Positions 57,241-63,296 of a DNA stretch of 63,296 bases are shown piece by piece. Both the position numbers and the translations under genes were made by a program. The stretch's first letter is position 1, and every line of letters starts with the position of its first letter. Location: the NCBI GenBank assembly GCA_047614125.1, contig JBLHHI010000001.1, positions 1 to 63,296 of the forward strand. The letters run 5' to 3'. Source of the stretch: Bacteroidia bacterium. GTDB lineage: Bacteria > Bacteroidota > Bacteroidia > NS11-12g > UBA9320. The notes beneath the pieces were generated by a model that saw nothing but the letters and a program-made list of their open reading frames with translations, was not told the DNA's origin and searched no databases.

Positions 57241-58593
57241 TCACAAGCGTTCTGAATTCAAAATATGAATCGAACTCAGGTTATTAGATAGCAGCATTCG
57301 GTAAACTTCTTCCGGGCTAACGTCGTCGTTTGCCATTTTTAAACGCTTTGCAACAAGGTAACCTCGCGGTGGATTTTCGAGATAAAAGGCTCGACCAATC
57401 TGATAACTCGCAAAACCTATGGGCCATTTTATCCGATCATAGAAATGGATAATGCGAACGCTTCGTGGTGGATCGCCATAGTTTAAAGCCACAACAGCAA
57501 TTTTATCTTGGTATTCTTCATGAATTTTACGTAAGTACATAGAATCGGCGGCGCTCAGCTTATCCTTCGACCAGAAGTAAATGAAAACGGGTTTCTTCTT
57601 GTAGGATTTAATCTCTTCTTTTTCGTTATGGATGTTTACAAAGGAAAACAGGGGAATCTTCTCTCCCACCTTCAATTCTCTCATTAGAACTGCGTTTTCC
57701 ACCAATCTAATTTCGATGTACGCACCAGCAGGATCTATGTTTACTACTTGATATCTTTTCTTATTCCACTCAAAGTAAATGTCAGAAAATGAAGGTTGAA
57801 TCCAGTTCATTTCATCGGTATTAACCTGATCTTTCGTCGAGCCAATGTAGATCTTATCTATGCACGATTCATTGAATAAACCATTGTTGTTCAAGTCTTT
57901 AATGGCCAAAACAAAGCTATCTTCATCGCTTCGGTACACGCCACCCAAGGTATTTAAACGTTGCTCGCGGTAACAGTAGTTAATGTCCGAAAATATTCTT
58001 CCCTCGCTGTGTTTTTTAAAATGCTCCGTCAACAACATTTTATACTTGAGGTTCTTACCGTATTCAATCCTACTGGCACGAACTTGGTGTTGAGCCTGTG
58101 GGTTGTTGATGTTGTGGAAGGTGAACACCGTTTCAAATTGGAAATACGTCATCGAATCCGGTTCGCCATCGTCTGTAAAATCTAAATTATTGTTGCGGTC
58201 GATGAAGAAGAATATGGTTCGTCGTGATCGCTTAAAATTTCCAATCAAGGTTAAACAATACCCTTTGTTATCGACGTTATTAGCCCCCGAAAAGTAGATG
58301 AAAGTATAACCGGTATCTCGAACATGCGCCATATTCGGAAACTTTTTGATGACCAACTTAGGCTCTGTTTTATCCCGCTCCACGCCAAACATGGTGTTCG
58401 ATTCAATGCTGTCGGATTGAAAAACATAAACGGGTAAAATTGCCAACGACTTTGAGATGTTGTCATCTTCCATCCGCTCCGTTAAAGGCACTCGAATGTT
58501 TTGGCCAAAGCCCCAACTTGAAATAATGCACAAGATGACTGCTGTGCTTACCAGCTTATGAATCCGTACGTTGTATTTGGTTTTGTTCCTCAT
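57241..58593 (-). CDS. Membrane-anchored protein with a C-terminal thioredoxin-fold (TlpA-like) domain lacking the CxxC motif
   Basis: I prefer the start MRNKTKYNV at 58593. It has a signal anchor (VSTAVILCIISSW) and two DxNNN-type loops (IDRNNNLDFTDDGEPD, KDLNNNGLFNES). The C-terminal redoxin-like PVFIYFWSKDKLSAADS has no cysteine pair where WCxxC is expected. Confidence 0.65.
   Translation of the reverse strand: MRNKTKYNVRIHKLVSTAVILCIISSWGFGQNIRVPLTERMEDDNISKSLAILPVYVFQSDSIESNTMFGVERDKTEPKLVIKKFPNMAHVRDTGYTFIYFSGANNVDNKGYCLTLIGNFKRSRRTIFFFIDRNNNLDFTDDGEPDSMTYFQFETVFTFHNINNPQAQHQVRASRIEYGKNLKYKMLLTEHFKKHSEGRIFSDINYCYREQRLNTLGGVYRSDEDSFVLAIKDLNNNGLFNESCIDKIYIGSTKDQVNTDEMNWIQPSFSDIYFEWNKKRYQVVNIDPAGAYIEIRLVENAVLMRELKVGEKIPLFSFVNIHNEKEEIKSYKKKPVFIYFWSKDKLSAADSMYLRKIHEEYQDKIAVVALNYGDPPRSVRIIHFYDRIKWPIGFASYQIGRAFYLENPPRGYLVAKRLKMANDDVSPEEVYRMLLSNNLSSIHILNSERL
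57251..57287 (-). repeat. Right arm of the 273-bp inverted-repeat-bounded unit
   Basis: The reverse complement reads CTAATAACCTGAGTTCGATTCATATTTTGAATTCAGA. It lies inside the last ~15 codons of the 57241-58593 ORF. Confidence 0.75.
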
Positions 58594-58598
58594 TCTAG

Positions 58599-59279
58599 CT
58601 ACCTCCTGGTATACATTGAAACCACATACATCAGTGTTGCTACTGCGTTGAGCGCAGCCACCACATAAGTTAAAGCCGCCCACTTTAAGGCATCCTTCGA
58701 CATAACGTATTCTTGATTATTAACCGTATTCGAAGACTTCATCCATGCTAAGGCTCTTCGACTTGCGTCAAACTCAACGGGTAAGGTTACGACAGTAAAT
58801 AAAGCTGTAGCTGCAAAAAGAATGATTCCAACTAACAATAATTTTGGAAAAATATTAATGGTTAAGATTCCAATTAAAAGAACCCAATGTACAATGCTGG
58901 ATGAAAATTGAACCAGCGGAACCAATTTGCTCCGCATACCCAACCAGAAATACGCCTTTGCATGTTGAACCGCATGACCGCATTCATGCGCCGCAACGGC
59001 TGCAGCAGCCGCATTTCGTTGACTGTAAACTCCTTCGCTCAAGTTCACCGTTTTATTTACGGGATTGTAATGATCGGTAAGTTGTCCTTGAACGGATATT
59101 ACTTGTACGTCGTAAATACCATTATCGCGCAGCATCTTTTCAGCTACTTCTTTCCCACTGTAACCATTTTGCAGTGGTGTATTGCTGTATTTTTTAAACT
59201 TTGATCGAAGTCTTGCACTTACCAGCCCACCGATGGCGGCAAATACAATTCCTAAAATCATTAATCCCGAGTATCCCAT
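58599..59279 (-). CDS. Membrane zinc metallopeptidase (putative neutral zinc metallopeptidase family)
   Basis: 226 aa. It has HECGHAVQH and flanking TM helices. Confidence 0.85.
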   Translation of the reverse strand: MGYSGLMILGIVFAAIGGLVSARLRSKFKKYSNTPLQNGYSGKEVAEKMLRDNGIYDVQVISVQGQLTDHYNPVNKTVNLSEGVYSQRNAAAAAVAAHECGHAVQHAKAYFWLGMRSKLVPLVQFSSSIVHWVLLIGILTINIFPKLLLVGIILFAATALFTVVTLPVEFDASRRALAWMKSSNTVNNQEYVMSKDALKWAALTYVVAALNAVATLMYVVSMYTRR

Positions 59280-59333
59280 AAATTTTCTGGTTGTTAACTC
59301 TTAAACATCCGCCGTGAATGATTGTTGTTACGT

Positions 59334-59492
59334 TTATCTAAAATATCGCATGATTAATACAATGATGGCCACCAAAAACATCAAAATAGAAAGCTTATTA
59401 ATGCGATGCATAGACTTAATAAAAGTATTGTTTGGATTTTCGGTATCCTTTTTAAAGGTTATGTACGACCAAATTTTTCGCAAGATTTCCAT
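59334..59492 (-). CDS. Small membrane protein (52 aa), below the ORF-track size cutoff
   Basis: The reverse strand reads MEILRKIWSYITFKKDTENPNNTFIKSMHRINKLSILMFLVAIIVLIMRYFR. It has one C-terminal TM helix and is co-oriented with purD (12-nt gap) and the downstream peptidase. Confidence 0.45.
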   Translation of the reverse strand: MEILRKIWSYITFKKDTENPNNTFIKSMHRINKLSILMFLVAIIVLIMRYFR

Positions 59493-59504
59493 AATGACGT
59501 AGAA

Positions 59505-60809
59505 TTAAATTTGAGTTTGAGTAAGCCTTAATACATCCTGACCAATGTCTGTTCGATAATACATCCCTTCAAACTGGGTATACTTTATTGCACCATATGC
59601 ATTGGATATGGCTTCCTGCAAAGTATCTCCAAAAGCGGTGTGAGCCAATACTCGTCCGCCGTTGGTAAGAAGATGCACTCCAGTCTTTTTGGTGCCGGCA
59701 TGAAACCGTATCGAATCGGGCGGTAAATCTTTTAAAACAATCTCCCTATTTTTTTCATAAGCGTCTGGGTATCCACCACTTACTGTAAAAACAGTAACAC
59801 AATTTTTCGCGCTAACCGATGATTTGATGTTTAATAACTGCTTAAGGGCGCAGGCGTTAATCAACTCGGCCAGATCAACCTCCCATCTAGGAAAGACTAC
59901 TTCCGTTTCCGGATCTCCCATCCGAACATTGAATTCAATCACTTTTGGAGTACCCGCAACATTAATTAATCCAAAAAACAAAAAACCAACAAAGGGGATA
60001 CCATCTTGCTGCAAACCATTAAACGTGGGTTCAATTATGGTAGATTTAACCTTGTTCATAAGGTCTTGATCCATAAAAGAAACTGGACTTACCGCCCCCA
60101 TTCCACCGGTGTTTAAGCCATGGTCATTTTCACCTATTCGCTTGTAATCTTTTGCTTCAGGAAGAAGTGTATACGTTGAGCCGTCGCTCACTGCAAAAAC
60201 CGAAAATTCCATGCCATCTAGAAATTCTTCTATAACCACTTGGTTTCCAGCCGATCCAAATAAATGCCCTAACAACATATCATCTAAAACATGTTCCGCC
60301 TCAGCTCGGAGCTTGGTAATTACAACCCCTTTGCCTGCTGCCAGCCCATCGGCTTTGAGCACGTAGGGAGCTTTTAGCTCCGACAAGTAATTTTTCGCAT
60401 CGTTTATCTGAGCAGGTGTAAATGTTTTGTATTGCGCCGTTGGAATGCCGTGCCGCATGAGAAATCTTTTGGTGTAATCCTTACTTCCCTCCAACCTTGA
60501 AGCCTCTTGATTGGGGCCAAAAACAAAGATGTTTTTCAATTCTTCGCAATCGGCAAAATGATCAACAATGCCCGCAACCAATGGATCTTCACTGCAAGGT
60601 ATAACTACCTCGATTTGATGGTCGATGCAAAATTTGCCCACGGCTTCAAAATCAAGAATGGCCAGAGAAACATTGGTTGCAACTTCTGCAGTACCGGCGT
60701 TTCCTGGAGCGCAAAAAAGAACCGGTTTTGATTCAGATTGCGCAAGCTTCCAAGCAAAAACGTGTTCTCGCCCGCCACTTCCAAGAATCAATATGTTTTG
60801 TTGTTCCAT
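59505..60809 (-). CDS. purD: Phosphoribosylamine--glycine ligase
   Basis: 434 aa. It has N-terminal ILGSGGREH and ATP-grasp core motifs. Confidence 0.95.
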   Translation of the reverse strand: MEQQNILILGSGGREHVFAWKLAQSESKPVLFCAPGNAGTAEVATNVSLAILDFEAVGKFCIDHQIEVVIPCSEDPLVAGIVDHFADCEELKNIFVFGPNQEASRLEGSKDYTKRFLMRHGIPTAQYKTFTPAQINDAKNYLSELKAPYVLKADGLAAGKGVVITKLRAEAEHVLDDMLLGHLFGSAGNQVVIEEFLDGMEFSVFAVSDGSTYTLLPEAKDYKRIGENDHGLNTGGMGAVSPVSFMDQDLMNKVKSTIIEPTFNGLQQDGIPFVGFLFFGLINVAGTPKVIEFNVRMGDPETEVVFPRWEVDLAELINACALKQLLNIKSSVSAKNCVTVFTVSGGYPDAYEKNREIVLKDLPPDSIRFHAGTKKTGVHLLTNGGRVLAHTAFGDTLQEAISNAYGAIKYTQFEGMYYRTDIGQDVLRLTQTQI

Positions 60810-60838
60810 TGTGGCAAAATTATAACAACTGCTTAGGT

Positions 60839-61810
60839 ATGATGATAAATTATAGACTTATTTTTCCCAACTTTTTAAACAATATATTGAACAATAGAAC
60901 CGCTTCATACCTCCTACTAGCCATCCTTTCAATTATTTGGGGAAGCTCTTTTATTTTAATGAAAGAAGGACTTAAAACGTTAAGTGGAGTGCAAGTTGCC
61001 GCGCTTCGAATAAGTGTTGGCGGATTGATATTTGCCCCAATCATTATTCGGCACATACGGAAAATTAAGAAAAAAGACCTTCGATTTGTTCTTTTAGCGG
61101 GAGTGATTGGCAACGGCATTCCGGCATTCTTGTTTGCCATAGCTCAAACAAAGGTAGACAGTGCCATGGCCGGTGTTCTAAACGGACTTACCCCCTTTTT
61201 CACCTTAGTAATTGGTGCAGCATTTTCGCTGCTCATTGTTACCCGCGACAAAGTTGTAGGCGTTATTATTGGTTTACTCGGTGCAACCGCTATTGTACTT
61301 GGCAAAGATATTCAGCACGTCATGGAGGGGGGATTTTCCGCTTCGTCGACATTAACCTTCTCACCGTATATTTTTCTCATCGTTTTAGCTACCATTGGTT
61401 ATGGAGCGAATATTAATTTGATTAAAACCAAGTTATCGGGATATCAGGCATTTTCTATTTCCGCTATTCCGCTGTTCTTTATTTCCATCCCCGGTTTATT
61501 TATTTTTTTGAGCAGCGACACCAGTGTTTTAGCTGATTTATCCTCTAATAATCAGACAATTAAATCTGTTGGTGCCGTAGTAATTTTGGCCTTATTCGGC
61601 AATTCTCTAAGCCTTATCATGTTTAATAAGCTAATACAAATGAGTGGGCCCTTCTTTGCGGCTTCGGTAACCTATTTCATCCCTGTTGTTGCCTTGCTTT
61701 GGGGTTTGCTGGATGGAGAATCCTTCGTTTGGATGCAACTGGTAGGTTTTGTTTTGGTTATTGCTGGAGTGTACTTGGTAAATAAAAGAGTTAGTCCGAA
61801 GCCAAATTAG
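60839..61810 (+). CDS. EamA/DMT family transporter
   Basis: I prefer the start MMINYRL at 60839, because the ORF-track start at 60677 overlaps purD. It has about 10 TM helices and the IWGSSFILMK motif. Confidence 0.8.
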   Translation: MMINYRLIFPNFLNNILNNRTASYLLLAILSIIWGSSFILMKEGLKTLSGVQVAALRISVGGLIFAPIIIRHIRKIKKKDLRFVLLAGVIGNGIPAFLFAIAQTKVDSAMAGVLNGLTPFFTLVIGAAFSLLIVTRDKVVGVIIGLLGATAIVLGKDIQHVMEGGFSASSTLTFSPYIFLIVLATIGYGANINLIKTKLSGYQAFSISAIPLFFISIPGLFIFLSSDTSVLADLSSNNQTIKSVGAVVILALFGNSLSLIMFNKLIQMSGPFFAASVTYFIPVVALLWGLLDGESFVWMQLVGFVLVIAGVYLVNKRVSPKPN

Positions 61811-62141
61811 TCAAGCTCAACATCTTGCGCTTAACGATCTCAAAACCAGCATCTAACGATTTAATATCAGCATTTAAGGCATCGAGATTTTCTTGAAACT
61901 CTTTCATCCTATTCGCGCTTCCATCATCCAACATTCGGCCCTTACCTGTTAAAAGCCAAAGCGGGCTCACTTCAGGATATTCAAGAATTAACTTCTGAAT
62001 AAGTTCCAAACCAACCTTATTCCTTCCACTGCTGATGTGGCTGATCATAACTGGCGAAACTTCCAAGGATTTAGCAAAGGCGCTTTTACCGAGGTTAAAA
62101 TGCACCATAACCCTCAAGACACGAGTATTGACATTTTCCAT
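61791..62141 (-). CDS. XRE-family helix-turn-helix transcriptional regulator with a C-terminal coiled-coil
   Basis: I prefer the ATG at 62141 (MENVNTRVL...). The HTH is GKSAFAKSLEVSPVMISHISSGRNKV. Its 3' end overlaps the convergent EamA gene by 20 nt. Confidence 0.7.
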   Translation of the reverse strand: MENVNTRVLRVMVHFNLGKSAFAKSLEVSPVMISHISSGRNKVGLELIQKLILEYPEVSPLWLLTGKGRMLDDGSANRMKEFQENLDALNADIKSLDAGFEIVKRKMLSLTNLASD

Positions 62142-62143
62142 AT

Positions 62144-62203
62144 TTAACAAATGTAAAGTCAATTTACCATTTGTTAAAGAACCTACTTGTTAACATTTGT
62201 TAA
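62144..62203. promoter_or_regulatory. Operator-like array of three 10-nt CATTTGTTAA / TTAACAAATG sites plus a -7 box
   Basis: TTAACAAATG lies at 62144-62153, CATTTGTTAA at 62168-62177 and CATTTGTTAA at 62194-62203. The first two form a perfect inverted repeat with a 14-nt spacer. An extra TTGTTAA lies at 62187-62193. The reverse strand TACATTTG (62155-62148) overlaps site 1. Confidence 0.45.
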
Positions 62204-62350
62204 ATTAGCTCCTGCGCTAAACCCATATTTGAGTTCGTTTTTGCTTGATATTTTATAGATAAACAACTCATTATCTGATACATAGCTTGAATAATTTTAC
62301 AGGTGTTAAAATGTTGGCAAAAGATTCGGTGGTCAAATAAATCGCATCGC

Positions 62351-62358
62351 TATATTTG
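62351..62358 (+). promoter_or_regulatory. Candidate -7 box (TATATTTG) for the downstream membrane-protein gene
   Basis: It matches TAnnTTTG and ends 15 nt upstream of the ATG at 62374. Confidence 0.3.
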
Positions 62359-62373
62359 CCTAAATATTAAGAA

Positions 62374-62940
62374 ATGAAGAAATCTGCTGAAGTTTTAGCT
62401 GTTATATTGATCTTGTGTTTGAGTAGAGTGCTCATTCCCATACCAAACGTTGAACCCATTGGAGCAGCCGCACTTTTAGGTGGAGCTTTGTTATCGAGAA
62501 AATGGGGATTATTACTCCCACTCCTGGCCCTATTCTTAGGTGATTTAGTATTATCACTTGCCCTACCTTCAGTTTACAGCACGTATTTATTCAGCGCGTC
62601 ATTTGTAACCGTTTATCTGGCCTTCATGGTTACTGCATACATTGGCAGATCGTATTTGAAATCAAATATGTCTACCGGCCGAGTTATTAATGCCGCAGCT
62701 CTCAGCTCTGTTATCTTCTTTCTGGTAACTAACTTTGGTTCTTGGATCATGCCAGCCAGCCTTTATCCTAAGTCCATTGGAGGGCTAATGGCCTGTTATG
62801 GCGCTGGATTGGCGTTTTACAATAATGAACTTACCGGGAGTTTCTTTTTGAATGGCTTGGTGTCTACCATCTTTTTTTCCGTTCTGATCTTTGAAGGGTA
62901 CAAGTATTTTGTTGTCAGTAGAAGTTTAAAAACAGCCTAG
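62374..62940 (+). CDS. Small polytopic membrane protein (DUF6580-like putative transport component)
   Basis: 188 aa with about 6 hydrophobic helices. The family resemblance is from memory only. Confidence 0.6.
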   Translation: MKKSAEVLAVILILCLSRVLIPIPNVEPIGAAALLGGALLSRKWGLLLPLLALFLGDLVLSLALPSVYSTYLFSASFVTVYLAFMVTAYIGRSYLKSNMSTGRVINAAALSSVIFFLVTNFGSWIMPASLYPKSIGGLMACYGAGLAFYNNELTGSFFLNGLVSTIFFSVLIFEGYKYFVVSRSLKTA

Positions 62941-62985
62941 CATTTTTTTAAACCTTTAATAATTGCATCTGGCAAAATTGGATTA

Positions 62986-63011
62986 GTTGTGCCAATTATT
63001 TTTTGCACAAC
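62986..63011. terminator. Hairpin between convergent genes (candidate bidirectional terminator)
   Basis: GTTGTGC-N12-GCACAAC. The loop contains a T-run. Confidence 0.3.
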
Positions 63012-63079
63012 AGCGATTCTCTTCTTTTAGGGATTTCTAAAAAATGTTAAAGGATTAAAGGTCTCTGGCTCAAGCCAAT

Positions 63080-63296
63080 TTAAAGACCATATTCTTGAAG
63101 GAAAAGTCCCGAGCGGCATTTTGGCTCAACGTATGTGCTCTTTGCTGGCATAACAAGCTTATTATCAGATGCATGAGAAATATCCTCAAATCGACAGGGG
63201 TGTAAAAGAAACAAAAAATTGTCTGGACTCTCCAATTTCGTTAAGGCGAGTTGTAATTCTTCGTTGTCCGAAATGAATTGTATTCTTTCGTCGGAT
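63080..63296 (-). CDS. C-terminal 71 codons of an unidentified protein; the gene runs off the right edge
   Basis: Reverse-strand frame 2 is open from the window edge to the TAA at 63082-63080. It reads ...SDERIQFISDNEELQLALTKLESPDNFLFLLHPCRFEDISHASDNKLVMPAKSTYVEPKCRSGLFLQEYGL. It is absent from the ORF track because it lacks a start. I could not place the family. Confidence 0.4.
   Translation of the reverse strand, partial: SDERIQFISDNEELQLALTKLESPDNFLFLLHPCRFEDISHASDNKLVMPAKSTYVEPKCRSGLFLQEYGL

Noticed and set aside
59314-59502. 62-aa forward-strand ORF in the purD / metallopeptidase gap
   Set aside because: It runs opposite to both neighbours and has an implausible composition. The reverse-strand 52-codon ORF with a clean TM helix is the better model.
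62204-62373. Looked for a cobalamin or other riboswitch upstream of the DUF6580-like membrane-protein gene
   Set aside because: No B12-box-like or other conserved aptamer core is recognisable by eye. The region is AT-rich with only the operator-like repeats.
1-63296. Scanned for CRISPR arrays, tRNA/rRNA genes, transposases, integrases, phage structural genes, retron or DGR-type reverse transcriptases, and known multi-gene defence cassettes
   Set aside because: I found no regularly spaced direct repeats, no tRNA-like T-arm or acceptor structures, and no ORFs with DDE, tyrosine-recombinase, serine-recombinase or RT motifs. The only conflict module is the RES/Xre pair.

Overview
This 63.3-kb window reads as a mostly core chromosomal segment of a Bacteroidota genome, probably Flavobacteriia-like. 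Supporting signs are a fused lpxC/fabZ gene, a PorX-type REC-PglZ regulator, four proteins with T9SS C-terminal sorting domains, and TAnnTTTG -7 promoter boxes. I support about 60 protein genes, mostly housekeeping: gyrA, purD, ribD, prmC, glmM, lpxD-lpxC/fabZ-lpxA, etfBA, fadD, tsaE, cdd, an ABC-F ATPase and mlaEF-like genes. I also support one RNase P RNA (rnpB) hidden under spurious ORFs, two partial genes at the window edges, and one small gene below the ORF-track size cutoff. I saw no rRNA, tRNA, CRISPR array, transposase, integrase or phage structural genes. I did not find a convincing, wholly novel multi-gene system. The clearly accessory or unusual content is listed here. (1) A RES/Xre (MbcTA-like) toxin-antitoxin pair at the head of a possible four-gene island. 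(2) A ~33-38-nt repeat family, including a 273-bp inverted-repeat-bounded MITE-like unit that overlaps the 3' end of a gene. (3) An ECF sigma / FecR / STN-TonB receptor / DUF4249-like cluster carrying an extra orphan FecR N-terminal fragment. (4) An lpx-operon tail made of a permease-less ABC ATPase, a DUF4920-like lipoprotein and a C-terminal-CxxCH lipoprotein. (5) An operator-like repeat array at an XRE regulator. (6) A 22-nt tandem repeat upstream of glmM. All family names come from motif recognition by eye. No searches were run.
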